Of a DNA stretch of 64,000 nt, positions 12,136 through 24,834 are shown piece by piece. Position numbers and translations under genes: made by a program. This DNA comes from Hamiltosporidium tvaerminnensis FI-OER-3-3 (lineage: Eukaryota; Fungi; Microsporidia): assembly GCA_022605425.2 (NCBI GenBank), contig CM061248.1, positions 682,001 through 746,000 of the forward strand, in the 5' to 3' direction. The notes under the pieces were generated by a model. It saw only the letters and a list, made by a program, of their open reading frames with translations, did not search any database and had not been told where the DNA came from. How positions within the stretch are numbered: position 1 is the stretch's first letter; every line of letters begins with the position of its first letter.

Positions 12136-12884
12136 TACTATTTTTCCATTCATTTATCTTGAATACAAAGAACATTTAAGCAAGGAACTTGTTTTTTCTT
12201 AACCAAATAGAAATCAAGTTAAAAACACTTATATATCTATAAATTTAAATTTAAAACCAATAAAAATATATTGAAATCTGATTGAAAAATAGTGCGAAGT
12301 TCAGTTTTTAATGACAAAAATGAAAAAAGTTCCAAACATTGTTTGAAAAAAAACTATGAGTAATTGATACATATTTTATTATTCATTTGAAATAGTTCTT
12401 TGTGACTGAGCTGTTTAGATTCACCATGTATTTTTTATCAAAATACCTGTTCCCGTAAAGACTGTATTGTTGTAAAAAGATCAAGTGAGCTAATTTCGCC
12501 ATTTTATTGATGTTGGAGTTAGGTTAAAAAAAATCACCAGTATTAAATTCTCCAAGAACGTTTGTTTATTTCTTCTTCTGTAATTCAATATTTTAGCCTT
12601 TAAATTTATTGCCGACTTAAAAGAAAATTTTCCACCATTTTGGTATTAAAAGTTTTGTGTTCGTCGTAGAAAATTTTGGCCAAATATTTTATTATCCTCT
12701 TTTGAAGAATATAAAAGCTGGCTCATTCTATTCTGCATTTCATCTTCATAACTGCCGAATTACTTCAATAGAAGATCCTGCTTATCTTTTTTAGTTATTA
12801 TGCTTCTATTATGGAAACCGCTAGAATATGTCGTTGAAGAAAAACAAGAAAATATGTTTGGTTTCTTCTTTATGTCTTTACTCA

Positions 12885-13500
12885 AAAAACCACATCTTTT
12901 TTAAACCTAGGTATAAAGTATATTGTTTTAATGACATAAATACCTTTCAATGTTTGATATGTATAAATTCACCCTAATACTTCATTAATATCACCTATAA
13001 TACATACAACATTAAAGTTTTCTTGTACATGTATGCTAGAACACATTTCATGGGCAGCTAGTGCACATATTTTGTTAATATCAGTCGATTGGAATTTGAT
13101 CACAAGTCTAACTAGCTGTGGGCACCCAAAATCAGCAAGTTCCTATTACTTTATACATTTTTAAACAAATATAAATCTATTTAAGATATATTTAGAGTGG
13201 TAAATTAGGTTGACCTAGACGTTTATATGCCATACCAACCGGTATAACCTACTTTAACTTTTATGGCTTCAAAGTGGGTTAATTTGGTAACCCATAGACG
13301 CCAAGTCTTCTAATTGAGTAAGCAAGGGTAGGCCTCCACGTTTTATAAGATGCTTGCCTACAATTTAAGTCGCGATGGTAATCTAATTATATAATGAAAC
13401 TACAATTTTTTTTGGAAAAATGAAAGTTGTCAATAGAAAGATCAGTACATGTTTAACTGATCCTAAAGCTCTAAAGATACTTATTGTTTGTTTAAATTAC
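12885..13500 (-). repeat. Family B repeat, diverged copy (B5)
   Basis: Blocks CACATCTTTTT, TAAGATATATTT, CATACCAAC.GGTATAACCT and CGCCAAGTCTTCTAA..GAGT.AGCAAGG.TAGG are colinear with B2. The 5' boundary is uncertain. Confidence 0.75.
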
Positions 13501-15139
13501 ATTTAGAATCTAAAAAGATGGATTTTTTTTGATAAATGTATTTCCTGAGGTATACACAAGATAGATAAATAAATATTTTTAGCAACTTTTTTAATGTATT
13601 TTGGCCGATAATTTGCAGATTGAATTCTATGCATGCTTTGAAGTCTTATAAACACCAAATTTGTATTTTTGTAATTCATACCATTTCTGGCAGCTTAAAA
13701 TGTGCATTTAATTTATTTTGATGTCTCACCACTTTTAAATTCCTAGTATACTCGATCAAAATTTATAATTCGAAAACGATTCGATTTAATTTACGAGTTT
13801 TTTCAATAAAATATAATCTATATGCAAACTAAAAATTATGCTTTCTGCCGGAACACTATAATTTCTTTTTTATATAACTAGCTAGAATTATCTAGTTTTT
13901 GATATCATCGTTTGAAACCATGTGTTTTTATCTATTTTTACAACTTAAAATCTTTTAAATTGTGTTTTTTATACATCCACTAATATATAAAATAAAAACA
14001 TAGAAAAGAAAGATAAGAACTATGCGATAACCAAATTTGTATAATGTTTTATCTTGTTTAGATCCAGTATTTAGAACTTAATAATACTTTCTTGATTTGT
14101 AAAGATTAACAAAAAAAACTAAAAACTGCAAAATAGAATTTAAAAGCATTTTAGTTAAAAGTGTTGTATACAGAACTCACTTTATACATTGTTTACTAAA
14201 AAAAAATAATGCATAGATTCTATGCAATCCCGACAACAATTGATAAAATTATAGAGGTACACAATTTTTTTTTAAATTAAAGAATTGGCAGGAAAACAAA
14301 TTTTGAGGATCAAAATTTTTTTTCTGAAACATAAAACAACTCGGCTCGTCTTAAGAACTGGGATGACACAATTGAACAATCAAAATTCGTTAAACTATAG
14401 ATTTGAAGACAACTAAGTTTTTTTTTAAAAATATTAAGATCCTGATGTTCATTGTAACGAATTCGGTTTTTAAGTTGAGATATTGTCATTTTGGAAAGAG
14501 ATTTTATCAAACAAAAATACAAAGAAAAAAACATTATCACGTCTCATAACCTCCCCAGAGGCACTCAGATAAAAGGTATCCTTGATGGAGGCATGTTCTA
14601 TCCTTCGAATTAAAGGAATTTTCAACCCTTGTAACTAAAGAGTTGTTTTCATTAATGAAAGGATTGTACAATTTATTCCAATTCTTTGTTTTCCTTTCTT
14701 TCGTATTGGGGTTTTTATAAGATATAATTTTATAAGGGAATCCAATAACTCATAATTCTGTAGTTGAATACTAAACCACGTTTTGAGCTGTTAATTGACT
14801 ATCTTTGATCTTCTTGATTGATATTCTTTCACCTCAAATTAAATAATGAAGTGGTATTATGGAAAAAATATCTTACAAACGATCAAATGTAGAGCGAATT
14901 TCGAATAAATCAGTTAAATTTAACTTATTTATAGTATATTATATTTTGTTTTTTTACTTTCTATTTTATTTTACAGGATTTGAATTTTTATTATTTTATT
15001 GGTAGTTGAGTTTCTTATGGATAAATATAACACCATACATTTCTTATTATTATTTTAGGTTTTTTTAAAATTGAAAATATTGAAAAAAATAGGTGAATAT
15101 TAAATAATTAACATAATATACATTCAATTACTAATATAT

Positions 15140-18100
15140 CTTTTAATGGGTAGAAAGAAAAATTTTAGAAACGAAAAATCAAAAAATACTAAAATAAAGG
15201 CTGTAAACGACGCTGATGAGGTAAAGAAACGTGATAGTGGCAAACAAAAATCTTAGCTACACCCATTAGCGATTTTCCAACCTTCCTCCTCCTATACAAA
15301 AATAACACATCCACCACAGCCAAACATGCAGTAACAGGCAAAACAGTGAGCTTGACACCTTACCTTCGGCTAAACCACCCCTTCCCTCTTCGGTTGAAGT
15401 CTCTGCGTGCGAGCCATCTTACGAAATGACAAACCCCTGTGCTCGAGCTATTCCGGAGGTAACAGGCTAATGGCATTGCGGACGATATTCGATTCTGTAA
15501 GACCCGACCCGAATGAATGGCCTCGAATTGTTTTTTTTTGCAGTATAGACAAGTTTCGAAAGAATGCCAAGAAATGGCTGGACAGAGCTTCACATGTACT
15601 ATAATGAGAAATTCGGCTGCACTGAAACTCTCGAAGTGTTAAAAAAATTGGCACAAAGTGAGATGGGAAAGGAATTAAAATCAGAAGAGAATGGAGAGCG
15701 ACGTAGAATCGCCATTTGTCTCGCTGATACATGCACCTTGACCGACACCACAGAGTACATAAACCTGAGAGATAAATTCTTGAGTAAAATCAAAGAAATC
15801 TCGATGAATGAAATTGGAAAAGTGGTGGTCCGAACTAGAAAACATCCAAATGAATTGGTTGATAGTAAAGTTCTGGATCTCATTAATCGAGAAGTCTATG
15901 AATATGCCGGAGCTCATGTACCTGAGTCAATTACGGAAGCCGCGTATATCATGCAAGCCTCGCAGGTATGCTATGATGAGGCAACACGTAAAGAGAAGCC
16001 TAGATTTGCTTGGAAGGAAAACATAGAAAGTAGAATTTCTGAGTTAGTACTTTTAAAAAATCTTCTCGAGAAGGCTCGTAAGCAGGAAAAGCTCTACACT
16101 TCGGAAGCGAAGAGCCTTAAGAAAACCATGCGAGAGTTTAATTTAAACTTGAGCAGCGTAACTGATCTTTCTGTGGCTTTAGTTAAGAAGAATATGTCTT
16201 TGAATGTTTACGAGAAAAAAATTACGATGTATGAAAGTAGGAAGCAATTCCGAAAAGAGAATCGTATGTTTGAGCTTTTCCGAGGTCGATTTTATCGTGG
16301 ATTATCTGAGTGTGTAGAATCCGAGCATGTGGTTAGCCGTGATGAAATTGTGAGTTTTTGGTCTACAATGTGGAACAAAAATGATGACACGGTCACGTAC
16401 GATGATTATTTGATTCCATTTGTATCAGATAATCATCCGACCACGTTTCCTTCACTTGATGAATTTGTAAATATCATTAATTGGCTTCCTAATTGGAAAG
16501 CTGCTGGAATTGATGGTATTTACAATTTTTTCATTAAGAAACTTACAACTCTTCACAAATATATTTATGACATTGTGAAAGTTATAGTTTTAGAAGAAAC
16601 ACCTCAAGCTGATTGGTTTTACTACGGGCTTACCTATTTGATATCCAAAGGAAGTCCACAAAGAGGCTCTGACTATAGGCCAATCCCTTGTATGTCCAAC
16701 CTCTACAAGTTAACGACTAAGTGTGTAACGAAAGTCGTTCAACTTGAGGTGGAAAGGCGAGGGTTGCTTGCAGAGAACTAATTAGGGGCGGTAAGAGGTG
16801 TGCAGGGAGCGAAAGAGCAGGCTCTACTGAATAGGTCCTTAATTAAAGAGTACGGAAACAATCTTAAGGCAACATGGATTGATGTTAAAAAAGCTTATGA
16901 TTACACAGATCAAGCTTATTTAATTTCATGTATTAAACCCTTAATTTACCTCATTGGATCCTGAAATTTATTCAGGTAATTATATCAAAATGGAAAATTG
17001 ATATATCAGTAGGGCCTGAAAAAATCATGAGCAAGAAGATTGAGAGAGGGATTCTGCAGGGAGATAGTTTTTCAAAATTGTTATTTGTGTTGTGTATGGA
17101 TCCATTAAGCCGAAAGCTTAATGAAAAATACACAAAAGTAACAGTACAAACAGATGCAGAATCCCATTCTACTAATCATCGCTTGTTTATTGATTATATT
17201 AAGCTCCTTGCCAAAGACAGCTTCACATTGAATGCTATGACAGGCGAAGCAAAGGAATTTTTAGAGGTCATTGGCTTAGAGATTAACAAAGAGAAGTTAG
17301 CCACAAATGATACGTGTTGTGAAGATACTGCTACTCTTCTAGAAGGTGTTAGTGTTTACAAATATTTAGGAATAATAGAAGATAGCAGAGGAATCCCAAC
17401 ACGTAGCTCATTTGAAGAAGTACAGAGCAAACTTATATCAAGAGTCAAAGACTTTGTCACACTAGATTAAACGCAAAAAATTTATTTTCTGCAATCAATC
17501 GACATGCGATATCGTTCATCAACTATCATATAAGAGTGCTTTGACTTGAACCGGCGTACTTCTCTAAGTTAGATGATGCAGTGCGTGCGGTGTCGGTGAA
17601 GATTACGATACATCTTCGCTCAGGATGTAAAGAGCGATTGTATCTACCTAGAGAAGAACTTGGAAGAGACCTAAATAGTGTTGATTTGCGAAGCAAACAT
17701 ATACTTCTGCAGTTCTTGGATCGTCTGGAAAAAAGTTAAGAAATATCAACTAGAGGAGCAGCAATCCTCAATGTGGAGAAAAATAGTAAAACACATCTTG
17801 CACCAATAGAAGGCTTCTTAAAAGTAAAGTACAAGTTGGTAGAAGAAGTCACTATGAAAAGTTTAGAAAAGCTCAACTTGCAAAACTATATAACGAAATA
17901 GAAAAACGAGAACTCCATTCAAAGTTATATAATGCAAGGAAAAATGAGCTTGTGAGTGTTAGTGACTCTTCAAGATGGCTAAAGAGAGGAAATATTAGGC
18001 CACGAAATGAAGCTGTGTTCTGCTATATTCAGTATAGAAATGTATTCTGGGGAGCAGATGGTGTGTGTCAACATTGCGGGAAGTCTGGTAAGACTGTGGA

Positions 18101-18945
18101 TCATCTAGCAACTAGATGTAAAAAAATGCTAGGCCATGATTACACTAGATTGCATAATGAAGTGGTGGATGCCTACAACTACTTCTCCTAAATGGATATA
18201 AGTTTAAGTCTTTAAAACGAATAAGGAGCCACTCAGTTCAAGAAATTCTTGATAATGAGTATTCAGAGATAAGAGTCGACACCAGAATTAAAACTGATGT
18301 TAAAATTCGGAATAACAGACCAGACATATTTATTTTAGATAAGAAGAAGAATAAGATAACACTCATTGAAGTAGCAATCACTTCCCAAGATTCACTTCAA
18401 ATAGTTGAAACTGAAAAACTTAGGAAATATGACCTGCTAGCCAATGAGTTAGGTCTTATTTATAAATGTAGTGTTGAGATAATCCCTTATGTGATGACCT
18501 GGGACGGTATTGTGACAAAATACCATAAATCTCATCTTAAAAGACCAGAAATACCCATGAATGTAGAAGCATACATTCAGTCTATAGTACTTAAGAAGAC
18601 GGTCGAAACAATTTCCTTTGATCGACGAAGAGGACTTGAGTCAGGACTAAATGCCGAAGAGAGCTGGGAGAGAGCGTCAATGGGTGTTATTATGAGATCA
18701 GAGATGCATGAGGAACCAACACTCCTTTAAAAGAAGCGAAGAGAGAAGAGGATGGTGCAAAAAAATTTAAACCAAAAAATAATACAACCCTATTTCACGA
18801 GGAGGAACTACTTTAGAGGAACCGACCACCAATAACATAAATGAAAAGTCGAATTTGGAAGAAGAGACAGAAGTGGTTTAAGAGGCAGAAGAAAACATAA
18901 AAAAAATTGTAAAAATATTTTAACGCAGAATTTTATTAAATAAAA
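15140..18945 (+). mobile_element. Near full-length non-LTR retrotransposon, R4/Dong-like (RT + CCHC + restriction-like endonuclease), inactivated by stops and frameshifts
   Basis: RT motifs KAAGIDGI, YRPIPCMSNLYK, GILQGDS, LFID, YKYLGI. Then RLYLPR..LGR, zinc knuckle CQHCGKSGKTVDHLATRC, HNEVV, RPD...IEVAIT...EK.RKY. First ATG at 15146; short 3' UTR ending TTAAATAAAA. Confidence 0.92.
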
Positions 18946-19960
18946 TCTTTTCTTAACTATAATATTGCATCTCTTTACGAAAAATGCTTATATCAGGCTT
19001 ATATTATCGATTTTGGCTAGTTTTATATCTATTTAGTTAATCCTAATCCATCCTTAGTTCAAAGGTTTCTATTCTTACGTAATGTTCCAGCCTCGTTCAA
19101 ATTAATATTTTACTCAGGCGGAAATCTTTTAACTAGATACCAAAGTATATTGCAAGAATTCAAATGACGCATAGAGGTCTTAATTTATTCTTATTCTAAT
19201 GTGATGATAAAATTAAACGAATACTTTGTGAATGCGGTTTAAATCTTTAAAACTCGAAATTACATTATTTTGATTTTAAACCTTACAATTAGAAAAAATC
19301 CTTTTCTAGATTTTTTACTTTTAAATTTTAAACAGTTAAAATAGTTTCTATTAAAAAAATACGATTTTACTCTTCAAATATGTTTTCGAAAAATAAATTT
19401 TATCAAATTTATTTCGAAGGAAAACTTTTAAATCTGCCTGTTTGATACTTTAATAAAATTTAAACGTAAATTAAATTAAAAATTTAAATTAATAACAATT
19501 AAATAGGTTAGTCAAAAAAAGATTCTAACAGTAAATTTTCAATCAAAAAAAACATTAATATTTTTTTTTGTATAATTCAAATATTTATCCTCCATCTAAA
19601 AGTCCTTTGAACACAAAATTCAACAAATATATTTTCTGTGTCGTATCGTACTTTTAAAAAATATATTTTTACAACAGAATCTATACTAGTTAACTATATT
19701 TTCTATTAAAATCATGTTTTCGTTTATTTTTAAAACTTTTAATTTAATTTGTTCTGTCATATTTCTCTCTTTGTTTAGTCGCTTTATGAAATATTGGGAT
19801 ATAAAAAGATTTCTTACGAGAAAATCCCATGAAATAAATAAATTTTACTTTTTAATGATTATATTAAATAATTTTATTAATTTCTTATTTGAAAATAAAT
19901 AATGATATTGTTACTCTTACTAAATCAAAATTTAAAAAAATAGTTATTTTAAATTATATA

Positions 19961-21709
19961 CACCCTCTGTCCGGAAATATGGTATATATTTTAGCGATTT
20001 TTTTGTCCTGAAATATGGTATACATTTGCGAAACAATAAAATATTCAAAAAATGTAGATTACAAGTTTATTATATTACCTTTTTCGAACGTTTTAATAAA
20101 TATTAATGTAAATATTAAATAAAATTTAAAAAAAATATATATTAAAATTAATAATTCATTCAAAATTTGATTTGCTTTAACGTATTCTTCTTTGGAACAT
20201 ACATATTTTTCTAGCAGTCGACCTTTGCGACGAAGTTTTCCTTTACATAAATGCAGTATTTTATACCATTTCCGCCATCTGCTAACATAATTGACTCCAT
20301 ACATGCTTGCAATGTTGTAAAAACGTTATCGAGAGTATTCGCTTCTAATTGAGGAAATGCATCTTAAACACAATTTATTAATTCGTCAATTGTGTGTGGC
20401 GAAGCTTCATATTGCAGCGATTGTATGGAGTTGAAAAAACCTAAATCAAGAACATTTAAATAGAAGCTATTTGCCGGTTGCGCCTTAAATTTAATATTCC
20501 AGTCATCAGCAGAAGCAAGAGCGACAATATCTGCATCATTATCAGAAAAATGGGGTTTTGCATTGTCTTGTTGTACGTAAATTGTTTTCTTTTTGTATGC
20601 TGGCGGAAATTTAGATTTAATTGCGAGAATTACATTATCAATGATCATGTTTTTGCAATGTACTGCTCTAACAGATATACGATTTTTTGTTATCTTTCTC
20701 TTTAGCCCTATTCTTAGAATTTACTTGAGTTGGTTCTTAATAAACAAATGGCCATATTCCAATTTTCCCATCAAAATGAAGCCTTAGATGTGCATCATAG
20801 CGTGCTCGAGCTACTGCAGCCATGAACATTATTTTCGTAAAAAATTACATACTTTTGCAGTTTCTCTCCGGTTTTTCTTCGTTTAACATTAATTTATAAG
20901 AGCGCTTAACTTTAGTTAGATAAAACCACTTTTTATTAACGTGAACGTAGTCGTACAAATCATCAAAAAGCGATTATCCATTATTAGCAAGATTTTCTTT
21001 AGACAAGCAAAATTTCAATCTGTCCATTTTATTTTTATCTGTTAAAGTTGGTTTAACTGTAGAAGATATTCTCTTGATATACTTTCCCGACTTGAATATA
21101 TCAAACAAAGTCTATTTGGAATATCAATTACAAAGTAAAGACTGCGGGGCGTTCCTCGACGATTTAATGGTGTATTCTTTATTTGCGCTAAATTGTTCAA
21201 ATATTCTTTAGGTTTTCTTCGTCATCTTTTTTTCTTTTTTGAAGAAACATCGGCATATATCTTGCCTTTTCTGTATTAAGTTTGGGCTGCATGCCAAATT
21301 CTGCTAAATTTTAGCCGGGAAACTTGAAAGGCAGAAAAAACTTCGTTTGGGGCACCGTGATTTAACTTATTCTCCTTAATCTGCTGTAATAATTTTTCTA
21401 GAATACCTTGACGTTGTTCTTTGGGTAACTCTTTATATTTTGAATCTCTTTTTTCTAAATTCAACAAATTTCCTTCCACATTTTCCATATTCGTCTTGTA
21501 GCGGTACTAATTTTTTTTACCTTAAGAAACACTGATTTTTGAGCGGTAACTTTTTAACTAAGAATGATATTACTAAAGTCAAATATTTTAGGTTATATTG
21601 TCATGAATATTTACTATGACAATATCATGACGGTTGCCTATTTATTTTTTATATTTACGATAATCTACGGTTTTTTTGAAATGTATACCATATTTCCGGA
21701 CAGAGAGAG
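19961..21709 (-). mobile_element. Tc1/mariner superfamily DNA transposon, DD39D family, with decayed transposase
   Basis: 31-bp TIRs C(A/T)C(C/T)CTCTGTCCGGAAATATGGTATA(T/C)ATTT at 19961-19991 and 21679-21709, TA on both sides. Transposase pieces: HVNKKWFYLTK (degenerate HIDEKWF), and QQDNAKPH...QPANSFYLNVLDLGFF with 39 residues between the 2nd and 3rd Asp. Confidence 0.93.
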
Positions 21710-22916
21710 TATAATTTATTTTTAGATTCTTAATTTTATAATGTAAATTAGAAAATCGATTTAATAATATCAAATCACAGATTAATAGATGTTCAACTTA
21801 TTGATTCTCAGATCAGTGAAAGTAAATTTGTAATTTCATGCTTCTTATAATTTGTTCTTTATTTTTTAAACTTCTGGCGTTTGACAGAAATTTTTTAAAG
21901 AAATATTTAAATTTTTATTCTATTTGTATTTTTCATTTCGATCAAAAATATTTTTGATTTCCAAAGAAATTATATTTGTTTATACTTTCATGAAATAAGA
22001 TGTTGAATTCGATATTTGATAAAATATTACTTTGGATTTTAAATGACTGTTTAATAATTCAATATCGAATTTGAAATACTCTTGTATTAAAGCCCCCTAA
22101 TTTTACACTCATATACTCTATCGGTTAAGGGTAAGTATATGCATTAAATATTGAGCAATAAAATTTTGTAAAATATTTCTATAAATACATTGTTTGATAT
22201 TTTACAAACTTAGAAACAAATTTTTTATGCATTTATTATTTTTTAAAAAACTTTGAGAAAGTTCAATAAAAAATTTATAAATAGAAACAAACGTTAAGAG
22301 TTAAGAAAAGGAATCATTAGAAAATTTTTATTGAAATTATTATGTATCTAGATTAACGGTTCATTGATAAATCTGAAATAAATTTTTGTTGCATTGCGAA
22401 TATCAATAAAAATTCAGAACATCGCTCTACTTTCCAGGAAATACAACTTATCAGAACATTGTTTAAATACGGTTTAATATCAATGGATCTTAAATTCAGC
22501 TTGATAATTCAATATATCATTATAAGTCATACTGTGTTTCACTTTCTTTTAGATACATACTCTGTATTTAAAATAATGCTATTTGAATCCTTTTTGTTTC
22601 TCATTCATGTGATATTGATTAGTATATTTCCCAAGGATTAGTGTGTTTATGAATTTATCTTTCAGATTTAACAGGTTTTTATTATAAAAATTCGAATATT
22701 TGAAAGGTAGTTTTGAACATTGGTACTTATAAATTTAGCTTAAGTTAGAATATAATCTTTTTTTTAGTTTAGTTCTTTACCTATCTAGTTAGTGATTTCT
22801 TATAATTCTATATGATTATAATTTGTCCTGTTCCCTGATTTATTGCTGAATATATTTTAGTTTATAAAGAGGCTTTTACATTTTTCTTTAATTTCGGAAT
22901 AATTTAAGTTTAAATC

Positions 22917-23966
22917 AAACATATATTTATCTATCAAAGTCTTCACAAATTTTCATTTTCATTTGTTTCTTTAGTTAATATTTTCAGTTTCATTGTTATC
23001 AATATTATTCTTTCATTTTAAGTTTTATTCTTTTTTAAGGTTATAATCTAATTTTTTTTTTTAGTTTGAATAATAAATTTTTTATATGGCCAGGAAATTT
23101 CATTTTTCTTCGTCATTTCTGCTATAAATTTCTTTGACGGGGAGGGGGCTGACTATATTTCAAAATTTCAACTTTAATTTCTTTTTTTTAAGATTTTCGG
23201 GCAATCATTAGTTCTTTAAACTAAAAACCATAGTATATCGACTTTCTATAAGTTTCAAATATCATTTACTATTTCTAAAAGTTCATAATAAACACTTATT
23301 TGAGCACAATGTCTATTCGGTTCGTAAGATAAATTCTATCTTAACCATAAAACCGAATCCTTCGATTTATCACCATTCCTCCATTTGCATTTCTACTTCG
23401 AACAGAAAACATAATTTCTGTTGTTCTAAGCAGATATCCTATTTTCATTTTCTTCTCTTACTTCGGTTCCAATAAGTTTTCATTAAAAATAAACCCCCCT
23501 CCCCACATTTATCTTTTATTTGCTCTATAATAATTTTTATACCGATGCACAGACCTATCTAATAAGCATCAGTTCCATTTTTCTATTCCGATATTTCAGA
23601 AGAAGATATCGCTTCTGAATTTTTCATAATTTCTGGGTTTTTTCGCTCTATAAATACTTTTTTTTTGAACAAATTTGTTTCCGGATTAGGAAAATTTGTT
23701 TATTCAGACTATTCTATGATATTCTTAGGTCTATTTATGGAAGGTGATAATAATAAAAACAATGTCTTTAATGAAATTGGTTGTGAATTGTATTGTTCTA
23801 GATTAAAATTACTTATTCTCTTAATAAATTGGTACAAAATTTGGAAATAGAACTGATTCTACACAAAGTTAAATTTCAAGTTTAGAAATGTTTATAATGT
23901 AGAAACCACATTTTATAGAAATAAATTTCATACTTTATTTTAAATTTGATGTATTAAAAATTTATG
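22917..23966. repeat. ~1-kb segmental duplication, copy 1 (decayed coding-like sequence on the minus strand)
   Basis: High identity to 32208-33250, including near-identical stretches over 100 bp (e.g. 23590-23750 vs 32880-33040). Confidence 0.92.
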
Positions 23967-24610
23967 CCTGATATAAGGTTAATTATATTTTTTTGATTTA
24001 ATTTCCATTGTGGAATAGTAAATGTATAAAAAATAAAAAAATATTTAGAAAGCTTCATTTCTTCTAATTAAAATTTTATACATAGATTTGTTTTAACTAA
24101 AGATGTATGAATATAAGTAAGTCATTTTAGATATGTGCTTTTTTTAATAAAAAAATTGCAAGATCTTAATATTTGTCGAAGAGATATTTAAATTTCCTGT
24201 TTTAAACACTATTTTATCAAGTTATCGCGTTATTATTTATCTTGGTTCTAAGTAATATCATGAAGGAGATTTTTTTTTTCATATTTAAACAAAAGAATGA
24301 TATTTTTTTAGTAATTATACCATTCATTCGCAATTTATGCAGTGTTTGTTTTAATATCAAGAAAATTTCGTGGCAAATAGCAAATGTGAATAGATTCGCA
24401 ATCATGATATAATATCTACTTTCGAAAGATACATTTTTATCTTTTGTTATTTCATTCGGAATAACTTGTTGTGTAAAAGAAAATAGAATTTCCCTTAAGG
24501 AAGTATTTCAATGCATCATGAATTTGGAATAATGTTGAGTAAGATGGATCAGAACTGCATGTAAATAATTGTTTAAGTAAATAAGTGTAGAGATTTTCCG
24601 GCAAAACTAT

Positions 24611-24834
24611 TATTATTTAATAGCTCGCCTTTTCTCTACAAATGGAACACAATCCAACGATGAATTATAGCTTGGCAAAGTTATAGGCGGTTAAAGACAT
24701 TTTTATTCTGATAGGTTAGGTTATCAGCCACACGCAAACATTTCTGAACGAAAGATAAAGAGTGCACCAACCGGAGATCAAACCGGCCTTTGGAAGCAAA
24801 TTCCGATATCCTAACCACTTGACCATTAGCGCGA
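24611..24834 (-). mobile_element. tRNA-derived SINE (~224 nt) with (TAA)n tail and perfect 11-bp TSD
   Basis: tRNA-like head 24832-24763 (acceptor GCGCTAA/TTGGTGC, A-box TGGTCAAGTGG, B-box-like GGTTTGATCTCC). TSD GGCAAAACTAT at 24600-24610 and 24835-24845. A second copy lies at 46486-46702. Confidence 0.88.

Noticed and set aside
15208-15235. Hammerhead-like core CTGATGA-GGTAAA-GAAAC near the LINE 5' end
   Set aside because: No stem II pairing and no compatible stems I/III. It lies in the reading frame from ATG 15146 (DADEVKKR).
15360-16026. Overlapping and antisense ORFs within the LINE and within the real genes (e.g. 15448, 15599, 15681, 42139, 48240, 48762, 62316)
   Set aside because: Shadow frames of identified coding sequence.
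24763-24832. Functional tRNA gene
   Set aside because: T-loop and anticodon arm are degenerate, and it is the head of a TSD-flanked repeated element.
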